A stretch of DNA of 64,000 bases, taken from NCBI GenBank assembly GCA_003021905.1, contig PXPI01000119.1, positions 1,043 to 65,042 on the forward strand, in the 5' to 3' direction. Made by a program: the position numbers and the translations under genes. This DNA is from Cyanobacteria bacterium SW_9_44_58. Lineage in GTDB: Bacteria; Cyanobacteriota; Cyanobacteriia; Cyanobacteriales; Rubidibacteraceae. Of this stretch, positions 16,454 to 26,346 are shown one piece after another. The first letter of the stretch is position 1. Every line of letters begins with the position of its first letter. The notes beneath the pieces are model-generated. The model ran no database searches, had not been told where the DNA came from, and worked only from the letters and a program-made list of their open reading frames with translations.

Positions 16454-17347
16454 CTATCCTTTAACAGCACCAGCGGTTAGTCCTTGGACAATCCGACGTT
16501 GGAAAAACAAGACAACTAAGACTAAGGGAATCGTTCCGGCAACCGTAGCAGCAGCAATGGGACCATACGGAATTTCAAAAATCGAAGAGCCACCAATTTG
16601 AGCGGTTGCTACCGGAATCGTTTTCATACTTTCCTTTGTGACAAATGTTAAGGCAAAGATAAATTCATTCCAAGCAAAAATAAAGGCCAGAATTCCGGTG
16701 GTTACTAAGGCTGGAACCGTCATGGGCAAGACAATTCGCACTAGCATTTGCACCGTATTATAGCCGTCAATTTTGGCAGAATCTTCTAATTCTTTGGGAA
16801 GCTGTTGGAAAAACGTTCTTAAAACCAAGATGGTTAAGGGTAAATTTTTTCCCGCATAAGGAATGATCAATGCTAAATAATTATTGCCTAAATTCAGGGC
16901 TTTCACGACTTCAAACAAGCCTAAAAACAGTAAAACATAAGGAAATAGGGTCACAATTAAAACAATTGCCACTAATACTTTTTCGCCGGGAATGCGCAAT
17001 CTGGCTAAAGCATAAGCAGCTGGCGCCCCGGTTGCTAAGGCAATTAACGTTGCTGTCGCTGCGACGAATAAACTATTCAAAATATAGAGGAGAAACGGGC
17101 GACGATTAAATAAATTAATGTAATGATCGAAGGTTAGTTGGTCTGGATTGGGTAAGTAAACATTGGGAACTGTGGCAATGGCATCATTTACCTTAAAGGA
17201 AGTAAGAACCTGCCAGAGGGCAGGAGCAAGACAAAAAATAACAACAAAAGCAATGCCAAAGCCCAGCGCAATTTTGCGTTTCGGAAGGTTAGGAGGTTGA
17301 GGTTGAGAGGCTGTTTCTGAAGATGCTTTATTTTGTGCGATAGTCAT
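16454..17347 (-). CDS. Carbohydrate ABC transporter permease (MalG-like)
   Basis: Six TM segments and an EAA-type loop (..ELEDSAKIDGYNTVQMLVRIVLP..). Confidence 0.85.
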   Translation of the reverse strand: MTIAQNKASSETASQPQPPNLPKRKIALGFGIAFVVIFCLAPALWQVLTSFKVNDAIATVPNVYLPNPDQLTFDHYINLFNRRPFLLYILNSLFVAATATLIALATGAPAAYALARLRIPGEKVLVAIVLIVTLFPYVLLFLGLFEVVKALNLGNNYLALIIPYAGKNLPLTILVLRTFFQQLPKELEDSAKIDGYNTVQMLVRIVLPMTVPALVTTGILAFIFAWNEFIFALTFVTKESMKTIPVATAQIGGSSIFEIPYGPIAAATVAGTIPLVLVVLFFQRRIVQGLTAGAVKG

Positions 17348-17350
17348 TTT

Positions 17351-18259
17351 TTATTGTTCTCCGGTTACATTCACGTCAGTTTTCGAAAGAATAAATCCGG
17401 CAATCGCAACAGCAATAATTAAAATCAAGAAGGTAATGACAATTAACGCCGCGCCATACCCAAAGTCTAAATAGCGCATGACGGTATCATAAATATACAA
17501 AGAAACGGTTTCTGTGGAACCGGCGGGTCCGCCCCCTGTCATGACTGTTACTAACTCAAAAATGCCAAAGGCTTGGGCAAACCGGAATAATAAGGCAATA
17601 ATCATTTGGGGCGCAATTAGGGGTAAGGTAATGGTAAAGAAATTCTGAATGGGAGTTGCCCCATCAATGGATCGCGCTTCGTATAAATCTTGGGGAATGG
17701 CTTGCAATCCGGCTAAAAGAATCACGGCAATAAAGGGCGTGGTTTTCCAAACATCGGCCAGAATCAGGGCAAACATGGCGCGGGTGGGATCCCCTAACCA
17801 AGTAATCCCCGAATCAATAATGCCTAAGCCTCTTAGAATATCGTTAACTACTCCATATTGGTCATTAAAAATCCATTCCCAAGCTAAGCCCATCACAGCA
17901 GTGGGCAAAGCCCAAGGCAGAATCCCAATGGTTCTAACAATGCCTCTGGCGCGGAATTGTTGATCTAAAACCAAGGCAATAATAATGCCAAATAGCAGCT
18001 CTAATAGCAGAGAGAAAAAGGTAAAAATGGCGGTATTGCCTAAACTGTTCCAAAATCGCCCATCGCCAAACATACGGGCATAATTTTCCAACCCGGTGAA
18101 TATGGGTTCCAGTTGAGTTCCCAAGTTTTCTGTAAATAAACTGAGCCAAAACGCTCGTCCAATAGGATAGGCAAATACCAAAATGAAGATGATTAAAGCC
18201 GGTAAAGACAGCAACCATCCAGTTAGTTGCTCACGCTGTCGAATGGAGTTGAGTTTCAT
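17351..18259 (-). CDS. Carbohydrate ABC transporter permease (MalF-like)
   Basis: Multi-TM protein with an EAA loop (..LYEARSIDGATPIQNFFTITLP..). 3-nt gap to the next permease gene. Confidence 0.85.
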   Translation of the reverse strand: MKLNSIRQREQLTGWLLSLPALIIFILVFAYPIGRAFWLSLFTENLGTQLEPIFTGLENYARMFGDGRFWNSLGNTAIFTFFSLLLELLFGIIIALVLDQQFRARGIVRTIGILPWALPTAVMGLAWEWIFNDQYGVVNDILRGLGIIDSGITWLGDPTRAMFALILADVWKTTPFIAVILLAGLQAIPQDLYEARSIDGATPIQNFFTITLPLIAPQMIIALLFRFAQAFGIFELVTVMTGGGPAGSTETVSLYIYDTVMRYLDFGYGAALIVITFLILIIAVAIAGFILSKTDVNVTGEQ

Positions 18260-18263
18260 ACTG

Positions 18264-19577
18264 TCACGATTGAGAACGCTTCAATAAGGTGCGGGTTTCT
18301 CGGGCTGCGGCATTCATTGCTTTTTCCGGTTCCATAGTTCCCGCGATCGCGGCGCTGAGATAGCGTTGCAAAATATCGGAAGCCTGAGAATATTGGGCAA
18401 TGGGGGGTCGCAATACCGCATTTTCAATAACATTCAAAAGCTCAGGCAAATAACTATACTTTTCCACTAACTCAGAATCATTGAATAACTCTCGTCGACT
18501 GGGAACATACCCGGTTTGGAGCGCATATTTCTTTTGGGTTTTCGCCTGACTAAAATACTTGACAACGCGCCAAGCTTCTTCGGGATGGTCAGTATTTTTG
18601 GCAATTCCCATTCCCCAACCGCCTTGACAAGCGCCGTTGCTTCCTTTGGGAGCATGCGGCATGGGTTTAATGGCAAACTTGCCAGCAATATCCGATTCTG
18701 AGGCTAACCCATACACATAGGGCCAATTTCTAAGAAAGGCAGTCTCGCCATTTTGAAATAAACGCCGGGTGGGTTCTTCACTATAAGTCGTTACACCGGG
18801 GGGAGAAACATTTTCTTCAATGGTACTTCTGAGAAACTTGACGGCTTCAATGGCATTGGGTTGATCCAGCCCCACTTCCAACGTCTCAGGGTTCACCCAA
18901 AAGGCATCAAATCCTTCTAAAATTTCCACAAACATAGCAGAAAGCCCTTCATATTGCTTTCCTTGCCAAACATAGCCCCAGTCGGTATAACCTTCCTCTT
19001 GCAGGGCTTGGGAAATTTTCATGAGTTCGGAAAAGGTCTCGGGAGGTTCATAGCCAGCGTCTTTTAACCAGTCGCTGCGGTAATAAAGCATTCCAGCATC
19101 AGACCGAAAGGGCATGCGGTAGAGGCCGCCATCATACATTCCCCCATTCACATCGCCATCGAGAAATTGGTCCAGCTCTTCTTGAGAAACGCGGTCTGAT
19201 AAATCTTTCAACCACCCTGCCGCTGCAAACTTCGGGGTCCAAACAATATCCATGTAAACCAAGTCATAGGGCGATTCTCCTAATAAAAAAGCAGAGGTAT
19301 AGAGATCTTCGACTTTATTTGTATCATTGGGGGCTTCAACAATCTCTAAATTGATATCAGGGTTTTCTGCTTCAAAATCTTTGACAATGGGTTCCAGTTG
19401 CGCTGCTTCTAAGGCTTGAATTAAAACTTTTACCGTAACGGGTTGTTGACTTTGTACAGCAACAATTAGCAATGGAATAGATATAACTGTTGCCAAAAAA
19501 ACGATCAAAGGTTTTAGTTTTTTGCGAATTGATATCCCTCGAAAAAATGATTTTACAGTTTCCTGGAGTCTCATCAT
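18264..19577 (-). CDS. ABC transporter extracellular solute-binding protein (sugar family 1)
   Basis: Track ORF 18264..19661. ATGATG at 19577 gives MMRLQETVKSFFRGISIRKKLKPLIVFLATVISIPLLIVAV.. (an N-terminal anchor) followed by a COG1653-type binding-protein sequence. Confidence 0.85.
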   Translation of the reverse strand: MMRLQETVKSFFRGISIRKKLKPLIVFLATVISIPLLIVAVQSQQPVTVKVLIQALEAAQLEPIVKDFEAENPDINLEIVEAPNDTNKVEDLYTSAFLLGESPYDLVYMDIVWTPKFAAAGWLKDLSDRVSQEELDQFLDGDVNGGMYDGGLYRMPFRSDAGMLYYRSDWLKDAGYEPPETFSELMKISQALQEEGYTDWGYVWQGKQYEGLSAMFVEILEGFDAFWVNPETLEVGLDQPNAIEAVKFLRSTIEENVSPPGVTTYSEEPTRRLFQNGETAFLRNWPYVYGLASESDIAGKFAIKPMPHAPKGSNGACQGGWGMGIAKNTDHPEEAWRVVKYFSQAKTQKKYALQTGYVPSRRELFNDSELVEKYSYLPELLNVIENAVLRPPIAQYSQASDILQRYLSAAIAGTMEPEKAMNAAARETRTLLKRSQS

Positions 19578-19594
19578 AGTATCATTGCAAACTT

Positions 19595-20350
19595 TTATCT
19601 GGATTGCATGGCAGAAGAAGTTAATAAATCCCAAATCGGTTGTTGGCTTAAACATTGCCAATGACAGGCATAAAGATTGGGAATTTGTACGCCAATACTT
19701 GCGAGGGCAGGGGCTGCTGGAAATGGCCAGACGCGATCAAAAATTAAGGTGTCATCTTGAAAGCCGAATTGAATTAAATAAACCGCAGGTTGCGCTGAAA
19801 GCGACTCTAACAGTTGATACCCTAGCCCATACAAAGATTGCCGTTTGTTATCGGGAAATTCTACTGGTTGCTGATAAGAATTGGGGAGTTCTCCTTCACC
19901 GATGACTTCCCCATACATAGGGCTTTTAGCCGTGAGGACAATGGGTAGCCAATAGTTGCCATGCCAAACTTGTTTAATGTTATTGCCAGTTCGCAGATGG
20001 AGATTGTCTTCTACCCATTGGCGAGTGCCTTTAATATCCCGGCAAGTTCGAAATAGCTTAGCGGCAGGAAACTCAAATTGCGGCGGCAGTTCAATGGTTA
20101 AAGGACAACAGATCCAATTCGGGTCATTGGGATCGTAGGGATTATTGGCATTTAAAAGCTGGTGAGCGGCAACAACTGTAACCGTGGTGTCTTCTTTACT
20201 TGGAAAGGCAATGGCCTCTTTCAGCGTTGCTGTCATTCGCTGGGTCGCGGGAGAACCAGCAACAACTGTGCCTTGATTGGACACCTGATTCGCGTTAATA
20301 ATGATTAAAACCTTATACATTCCCGTGGCTAGAAAGTTGGCTAGAGTCAC
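19595..20350 (-). CDS. Hypothetical protein, first gene of the sugar ABC transporter gene string
   Basis: 251-aa ORF with a GTG at 20350, or ATG at 20320 (MYKVLIIINANQ..). It ends 17 nt before the binding-protein start. No domain recognised. Confidence 0.55.
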   Translation of the reverse strand: MTLANFLATGMYKVLIIINANQVSNQGTVVAGSPATQRMTATLKEAIAFPSKEDTTVTVVAAHQLLNANNPYDPNDPNWICCPLTIELPPQFEFPAAKLFRTCRDIKGTRQWVEDNLHLRTGNNIKQVWHGNYWLPIVLTAKSPMYGEVIGEGELPNSYQQPVEFPDNKRQSLYGLGYQLLESLSAQPAVYLIQFGFQDDTLIFDRVWPFPAAPALASIGVQIPNLYACHWQCLSQQPIWDLLTSSAMQSR

Positions 20351-20443
20351 AGATTATTTTCGATTTTTAAAGGGATTCTGCTGTGATAATTGGTCAGCGT
20401 TTTAGAGAGCAGACAACTCCCAGAATAGTTATAATACATTTTC

Positions 20444-20971
20444 TTAAACAGAAGGCGCCTGCTCTGAGTGTTGCTCAATGTCGTTATCCTGATGAGTACC
20501 ATTTCTTACGGATAAGCGCTCACTTAATATTTGCACTTGCCCTTGGAGTTGTTGATTTTGCTGCTGTAATTTTTCTACCTTTTCCTTAACCGGTTTCATA
20601 CGCTCAGCAAACTTTTGGCGGTAGATTTGCGGTAAGTCTTGCAGCATTTGTTCCAAGGTTTGATTTCTCTTGGTAAGAGTCTTTACTTTATTTCGCAATT
20701 CTTTAATTTCAGCATCGCGATAGGAAATTTGCCTTTGGTCAAAGTTGACTTGTTCTTCAATATCAGCAATTTGGGCTTTAAAACGCGCTAGTTGCGATTG
20801 ATCTTCTTCTGAGGCTACAGTTTGGGAAGTAGCATCCGGTGTTTTTTTGACCAACCGAAATAGTTCTTGCGAAAGTTGTTCCACAAGTTGGTCTCGCAGT
20901 TGCAATTCCCCTTTGAGATGGGAAATTTCGGCTTTGAGAGTTTCTAATTGGGAAGATTCAGCCTGACTCAC
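20444..20971 (-). CDS. Coiled-coil hypothetical protein
   Basis: MSQAESSQLETLKAEISHLKGELQLRDQLVEQLSQELFRL... It is rich in heptad-like Q/E/L/K repeats throughout. GTG start. Confidence 0.6.
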   Translation of the reverse strand: MSQAESSQLETLKAEISHLKGELQLRDQLVEQLSQELFRLVKKTPDATSQTVASEEDQSQLARFKAQIADIEEQVNFDQRQISYRDAEIKELRNKVKTLTKRNQTLEQMLQDLPQIYRQKFAERMKPVKEKVEKLQQQNQQLQGQVQILSERLSVRNGTHQDNDIEQHSEQAPSV

Positions 20972-21079
20972 GATTCTATTTAGGGCAACTGTTTTTTTTC
21001 AACCGGCTTAAAAAATTAGAAGCACTTGTAAGTTACTTTAGCATTTAGCTAGAGAGTTGCGTGAGGTTAAAACAAAACA

Positions 21080-21319
21080 ATGCAAAGATTAGGAATTACT
21101 ATTGCTTTTTTTATCATTGCTCTGGCAATGGTTTTTATGGCAGTGATCTCAATTCAAAATATTCAGCCGATTCCTCTTGAATTTTTAATTTTCCGTTCTT
21201 CGGCAGCAATTCCGTTCGGGGTGCTGTTAGCGTTTAGCTTTAGCTTGGGATTGATTCTGGGGGCAACTATTCCATTTGTCAAGCCATTGCAACGGTTATT
21301 TACTGGCGGCGGGAATTAA
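21080..21319 (+). CDS. LapA-family (DUF1049-like) small membrane protein
   Basis: 79 aa with two TM helices: ..IAFFIIALAMVFMAVISIQN..PLEFLIF..IPFGVLLAFSFSLGLILG.. Confidence 0.6.
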   Translation: MQRLGITIAFFIIALAMVFMAVISIQNIQPIPLEFLIFRSSAAIPFGVLLAFSFSLGLILGATIPFVKPLQRLFTGGGN

Positions 21320-21419
21320 CGTTAACAGCATAGAACACTCCCTAAAAAAATTATCAGTGGTGCAAGAACCGCAGAAATTTTCGATATACTGTGGAATGGA
21401 AATTTGATTGGGAGGAATC

Positions 21420-21629
21420 ATGGAAATCGGACAAAAAGTAAAAGTCTTTCGCTTGCGCGATCGCGTCTCTTCCGAAATTATGGATAAACTCGGAAAAGTG
21501 GGCACGATCCAAGATTATAAAATGACTGACGGCAGCGGTGTGGGAGCCGTTGTCGCGTTTGATGACAATACCACCAGCTGGTTCTTTGAAGATGAACTGA
21601 AAGCTGTTGAGCAACCCGTAAAGAATTAA
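21420..21629 (+). CDS. Small conserved cyanobacterial/plastid-lineage protein (DUF2862-like, from memory)
   Basis: GGAGG lies 4 nt before ATG 21420. MEIGQKVKVFRLRDRVSSEIMDKLGKVGTIQDYKMTDGSGVGAVVAFDD.. 6-nt gap to the next gene. Confidence 0.55.
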   Translation: MEIGQKVKVFRLRDRVSSEIMDKLGKVGTIQDYKMTDGSGVGAVVAFDDNTTSWFFEDELKAVEQPVKN

Positions 21630-21635
21630 TTGCCC

Positions 21636-22736
21636 ATGATTTTAACGTTTCTCGGGAAAGGTGGCAGCGGTCGCACCACCCTCGCGATCGCGGCTGCGCA
21701 ACGGCTATCAAAAGAAGGGAAACGAGTGCTGTTAGCCACTCAAGATCCCACAACAGAATTTTTGCTAGAAACGCCGCTGAGCACCGAACCCACCAGCATT
21801 AGCGCTCAGTTTTGGGCGGTCAAATTGCAAGCTGCTGTTCTCTTAGAAGAAAGTTGGGAAGAGATCAAAAAGCTAGAGGCGCAATATCTGCGTTCTCCGC
21901 TTCTCAAAGAAGTTTATGGGCAAGAATTATCGGTTCTGCCAGGGATGGATCAAGGTCTTGCCCTCAATGCCCTTCGCGAGTATTATGAAAGCGGGCAATA
22001 TGATGTCATTATCTTTGATGGCACTGGCGACTTAAATCTATTGCGGATGTTTGCCATTCCCGAACATCTCAGTTGGTACATCCGCCGTTTTCAAAACTTG
22101 TTCCTCAATTCGGATTTAGGAAAAGCCATTTCGCCATTTATTCAACCCATCAGCAGCGCCATTCTCAACGTCACTTGGACCGCAGAAGACTTAACTAATA
22201 ACCCCAATGCCAATCAAGCCAACCAAATGCTGGAAAGAGGGAAAACAGCCCTGCGTGAAGGAAACGTTGCGGGATATTTGGTTGCCGATGACGATCCCTA
22301 TGCTCTCAAAACGGCGAAATTTTTATGGGGAAGTGCGCAACAGAGCGGCTTAACCATTGCCGGTGTTTTACTCAACCGAGAAACCCAAGTGCGAGAGGTG
22401 GTGAATTCAGAATTTGCTCCCCTACCGGTGACTGCTGTTCCTGCCATTGATTCAGGAGAATGGGAATCGCTGGGCAATGCTCTCCCGGACTTAGTAGGTG
22501 CCATTTCCCAAGCCCCGCCCACAGTAGAAATTGATCGAACTCAGCGCACAGTAAAAGTCTTTCTCCCTGGGTTTAGCAAGAAAGAAATTAAACTGACTCA
22601 ACCGCAAACGCAACAAGAAATTGCCATTGAGGCAGGCGATCAACGACGAAATATCGAACTGCCGCCGCCGTTGAAAGGGCAACCGGTAACGGGAGCAAAA
22701 TTCTTAGAAGATGGTCATCTCTTAGTTTCCTTTTGA
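21636..22736 (+). CDS. ArsA/Get3-like ATPase-family protein with C-terminal Hsp20/CS-like domain and atypical P-loop
   Basis: MILTFLGKGGSGRTTLAIAAAQRL.. has the deviant Walker A KGG..G but R in place of the GK[ST] lysine. The C-terminus ..VKVFLPGFSKKEIKLTQ...IEAGDQRRNIELP..AKFLEDGHLLVSF looks alpha-crystallin/CS-like. Confidence 0.7.
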   Translation: MILTFLGKGGSGRTTLAIAAAQRLSKEGKRVLLATQDPTTEFLLETPLSTEPTSISAQFWAVKLQAAVLLEESWEEIKKLEAQYLRSPLLKEVYGQELSVLPGMDQGLALNALREYYESGQYDVIIFDGTGDLNLLRMFAIPEHLSWYIRRFQNLFLNSDLGKAISPFIQPISSAILNVTWTAEDLTNNPNANQANQMLERGKTALREGNVAGYLVADDDPYALKTAKFLWGSAQQSGLTIAGVLLNRETQVREVVNSEFAPLPVTAVPAIDSGEWESLGNALPDLVGAISQAPPTVEIDRTQRTVKVFLPGFSKKEIKLTQPQTQQEIAIEAGDQRRNIELPPPLKGQPVTGAKFLEDGHLLVSF

Positions 22737-22808
22737 TAACTGGTTTGGGGAATTTCTCGTTACCCTGAAAACAGATTGCAAAATTTGAAGCGCTAGCCGC
22801 GAACGTCT

Positions 22809-23810
22809 ATGTCTGAATCGAGCTCTTCTCAATCCCCCGAACAACAGGAACAACAAGAAAACCGCTCGGGAAAAACCCGTCAGATGCTCGGGATGAAAGG
22901 GGCTTCCACCGGTGAAACGTCTGTGTGGAAAATTCGCATCCAGCTGATGAAGCCTATCACTTGGATTCCCCTAATTTGGGGCTTAATCTGTGGCGCCGCT
23001 TCTTCGGGGAACTTTCACTGGCAACTGGAAGATATCGTGAAAGTTGCTACTTGCATGCTCCTTTCCGGCCCCTTGATGACGGGATATACTCAAACCCTCA
23101 ACGATTTTTACGATCGCGAAATTGACGCCATCAATGAACCCTATCGCCCGATTCCCGCCGGTGCTATTTCCGTACCGCAAGTGGTTGCTCAAATCTTGTT
23201 CTTATTAGCGGCAGGATTCGCGATCGCGTTTGCCTTAGATCAATGGGGCGGCAATGCCTATCCCAAAATTACCATCATTACCTTAGTTGGCACTTTCTTG
23301 GCTTTTATTTACTCGGCGCCGCCGCTCAAGCTCAAACAAAATGGTTGGTTTGGCAATTATGCCCTCGGCGCAAGTTACATTGCCCTTCCTTGGTGGGCCG
23401 GACATTCCTTGTTTGGCAATCTCAATGGGACAATTATTATCCTCACCCTCATCTATAGCTTTGCGGGCTTAGGCATTGCTGTGGTGAATGACTTCAAGAG
23501 CGTCGAAGGCGATCGCGCTTTAGGATTAAAATCGCTTCCCGTCATGTTTGGCGTCGGCGGTGCAGCGTGGATTAGCGTGTTGATGATTGATCTATTTCAA
23601 TTGGGCATTGCCGGCTATTTAATGAGTATTCAAGAAAATATTTATGCCACAATCTTGATCCTGCTGGTGATTCCGCAAATCACTTTCCAAGATATGTATT
23701 TCCTACGCTCTCCCTTGGAAAATGATGTCAAATATCAAGCGAGCGCCCAGCCATTTCTAGTTTTAGGAATGCTGGTTACCGGTTTGGCACTGGGACATTC
23801 CGGAATCTAG
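22809..23810 (+). CDS. chlG: Chlorophyll synthase
   Basis: UbiA-type prenyltransferase with NDFYDREIDAINEPYRPIPAG, ..YSAPPLKLK.. and ..NDFKSVEGDRALGLKSLPV.., the typical ChlG signature. Confidence 0.9.
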   Translation: MSESSSSQSPEQQEQQENRSGKTRQMLGMKGASTGETSVWKIRIQLMKPITWIPLIWGLICGAASSGNFHWQLEDIVKVATCMLLSGPLMTGYTQTLNDFYDREIDAINEPYRPIPAGAISVPQVVAQILFLLAAGFAIAFALDQWGGNAYPKITIITLVGTFLAFIYSAPPLKLKQNGWFGNYALGASYIALPWWAGHSLFGNLNGTIIILTLIYSFAGLGIAVVNDFKSVEGDRALGLKSLPVMFGVGGAAWISVLMIDLFQLGIAGYLMSIQENIYATILILLVIPQITFQDMYFLRSPLENDVKYQASAQPFLVLGMLVTGLALGHSGI

Positions 23811-23855
23811 ATACTGCGGACAAGGGGCTAGTGTGCCCTTTGTCTGGCACCACTG

Positions 23856-24875
23856 TTAGAGACGAATGTGTTTAATGTCCTGTCGCGGATCTTCGGTGCG
23901 GTTAGCCTGGATTTTTTCGTATAATTCGCGCTCAGCGGCACTGACGTTTTTCGGGGCAGCAATTTGAACCCGAACCAACAAATCGCCTCTTTGACCTTTG
24001 GGTTTAGTCCATCCTTTCCCGCGCAATCGCAAAGACTGGCCGGAACGGATACCAGCAGGAACTTTTACAGAAACTGTCCTATCCGGGGTAGGAACATCGA
24101 TATTGCCTCCTAAAACGGCTTCATCAGGGGGAATCGGAACTTCACAAACTAAATGGTCATCTTCAAACTGGAAGAAAGAATGGGGCTGCAGTTCGACATT
24201 GAGATATAAGTCGCCTCTTTGTTGACCGTAAGGACTGGGTTTTCCTTTCCCCGGAACGCGAATGCGACTGCCCGATTTTGCCCCGCCTGGAATCCGGACA
24301 TTAATGACTTCATTACCTAAACTCAGACGTTTTTGTACGCCATGGAAGGCTTCGCTAAAGGTCAGGCGAATCGTGGCTTCTGCATCGGCACCAACAGCAG
24401 CGCCGCTGCCAAACCCGCTGCTAAAGTCGCTAAAGTCAGTAAAACCTGCTCCACCACCGGGAGAAGTACGATAGGTGTAACGAGTCCGTCCTCCCCCAGT
24501 GGTGCTAAAGCGTCCTAAGAGTTCGTCGATAAATTCTTCAAAACTGCCATATTGGCTAAAGTCAAAGCCTCCCATGTCAGTGCCGAAGCCAGTAGTACGG
24601 GTACGGGCGCCGCCACCGCCTCGTTGTTGAAATTGATCCGCTTGTTGCCAATATTGACCGAATTGATCGTATTTTTTCCGTTTTTCGGGGTCAGAAAGGA
24701 CTTCGTAGGCTTCGTTAACTTCTTTGAACCGGTTTTCGGCTTCTTTATCGTTGGGATTGCGATCCGGATGATACTTTAGCGCCAGTTTGCGATAAGCTTT
24801 CTTAATATCGCTGGCACTGGCATTTTTGTCAACGCCAAGAATGGAATAATAGTCCTTAAAGTCTGTTGTTGCCAT
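23856..24875 (-). CDS. DnaJ-family co-chaperone, type II (J domain + G/F region + C-terminal domains, no zinc finger)
   Basis: [34 protein letters not shown] (HPD motif), then a Gly/Phe-rich linker, then a CbpA/DnaJ C-terminal substrate-binding region. No CxxCxGxG repeats. Confidence 0.9.
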   Translation of the reverse strand: MATTDFKDYYSILGVDKNASASDIKKAYRKLALKYHPDRNPNDKEAENRFKEVNEAYEVLSDPEKRKKYDQFGQYWQQADQFQQRGGGGARTRTTGFGTDMGGFDFSQYGSFEEFIDELLGRFSTTGGGRTRYTYRTSPGGGAGFTDFSDFSSGFGSGAAVGADAEATIRLTFSEAFHGVQKRLSLGNEVINVRIPGGAKSGSRIRVPGKGKPSPYGQQRGDLYLNVELQPHSFFQFEDDHLVCEVPIPPDEAVLGGNIDVPTPDRTVSVKVPAGIRSGQSLRLRGKGWTKPKGQRGDLLVRVQIAAPKNVSAAERELYEKIQANRTEDPRQDIKHIRL

Positions 24876-25218
24876 AGCTTCCTCTATTTTTTAATGTGAC
24901 TGCTACTGGTAATTTCAAGGTGAGAGTCCGGTAATGAGCAAATTATAAGAATGTGTCTTCTGCCGAGCTTCCCCTTAAAATAAGGCAAGTTTGGGGAAGC
25001 TTCAGTAAAAAAGGGGAACAATTAGCATTATTAATTCACAATTAGGGGGATTATCTCAGATACAGCCTAGCAAAGTCTGGAAGGGAGAGAAGTTCGGTTT
25101 TTGCTGTCTTGTCTAGTGGCAATTTCCCCCTTTTAACAACAGGTAAGATTAAGTTGAGTTAAGGTTTCTTTACGTTTTGTTACATTAGAAACAGATGGAA
25201 ACGTTAAAGTAGCCGCGG

Positions 25219-26103
25219 ATGACCCTAGATATTTCCCAAAAACGAGACTGGCTGCGCGATCGCGCTCTAGAATTATTCATTTATCCCAGTATTTGGGTCG
25301 CTTTCGCCCTGGCATCGCTCACTGCCTTTTCCCAGGCAATGATGGGCTTAGAAACGGACTGGCGGCCAACTCTATTTGTTTTTTTAGTTGCACTGATTCC
25401 CTATAATCTGGATCGTCTTTTTGATACCTATATCCAGAAAAGTTCCGATGAAAAAGTACAGGCCTATTTTCGCTCGAATTTTGGTCTTTTTGCCTTGCTA
25501 GGCGTTGCGATTTTGGGAGTTGCGGCCTTGCTCTGGTTTGCCCCGATGACAGTGCGTTATGTCAGCCTGGCTGTGGTATTTCCCTTGGTTTATGGGGCAC
25601 CGATTTTTCCCCTTTCCAGACAAAACCGGCGACAATGGTATCGGCTAAAAGATATTCCCGGTTCTAAGGCTTGGATTGTTTGTGCCATTATCACTTATGC
25701 CGCGATCGCGCTTCCCCTGGCTTATGCCCAAGCCCCGTTTGATCAAAGGGCAGCCCTAACGACTTGTTTTATTTTTGCCTTTGAAGGATCCAATGCCAAC
25801 CTATTTGATATTCGGGATTTAGACTCGGATGCCCAAAAAGGGGTATTAACCTTGCCGCGAATGGTGGGAATTGAAGGAACTCGCTTGATTCTTGCTTTGA
25901 TGAATCTTTTAATGCTAGGAATAATTGTGGGCTATGGGAAAACAGCGATGGTTCCCTTTTATCCGGAAATTTTCAGCGCGACTATACTTACCTTGCTGTT
26001 GATTTGGACCGTTGATGAAAACACACCACGCTTATTTTATGATTTAATGATCGACGGATTATTATTGGTTCCGGCAATCATTTATTTTTCAAGCGTCCTT
26101 TAG
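25219..26103 (+). CDS. UbiA-superfamily prenyltransferase-like membrane protein, substrate unknown
   Basis: About 8 TM segments with two Asp-rich motifs, ..PYNLDRLFD.. and ..FDIRDLDSDAQKGVLTLP.., at the spacing expected for UbiA-type enzymes. Confidence 0.6.
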   Translation: MTLDISQKRDWLRDRALELFIYPSIWVAFALASLTAFSQAMMGLETDWRPTLFVFLVALIPYNLDRLFDTYIQKSSDEKVQAYFRSNFGLFALLGVAILGVAALLWFAPMTVRYVSLAVVFPLVYGAPIFPLSRQNRRQWYRLKDIPGSKAWIVCAIITYAAIALPLAYAQAPFDQRAALTTCFIFAFEGSNANLFDIRDLDSDAQKGVLTLPRMVGIEGTRLILALMNLLMLGIIVGYGKTAMVPFYPEIFSATILTLLLIWTVDENTPRLFYDLMIDGLLLVPAIIYFSSVL

Positions 26104-26143
26104 TTTTAAATAATCTGAATTAAAGCAACAACGATTATGAATC

Positions 26144-26332
26144 ATGAAAGATATTAACGTAACTATCAATAATCAAACTTACTACGGCAGTTACGAGATC
26201 AATGATAATGTCATGACTGTCTATTTTGAATACGGTAACAATAGTAAGTCGGAATCTATCGGTTCAGCGAAAGAAGCAGCCCTTGCTAAGGTTTTGCTCA
26301 CGGAAATGGTAATGGATTTGCTAACCAATTAA
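26144..26332 (+). CDS. Small hypothetical protein (62 aa), AT-rich
   Basis: MKDINVTINNQTYYGSYEINDNVMTVYFEYGNNSKSESIGSAKEAALAKVLLTEMVMDLLTN. No family recognised. Confidence 0.4.
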   Translation: MKDINVTINNQTYYGSYEINDNVMTVYFEYGNNSKSESIGSAKEAALAKVLLTEMVMDLLTN

Positions 26333-26346
26333 TAAATAGACTGCTT

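Noticed and set aside
24966-25001. 9-bp hairpin AGCTTCCCC / GGGGAAGCT about 90 nt upstream of the DnaJ-family gene; considered as an RNA thermometer or attenuator.
   Set aside because: It does not sequester the ribosome-binding site. I cannot tell whether it is transcribed, because it lies in a divergent promoter region.
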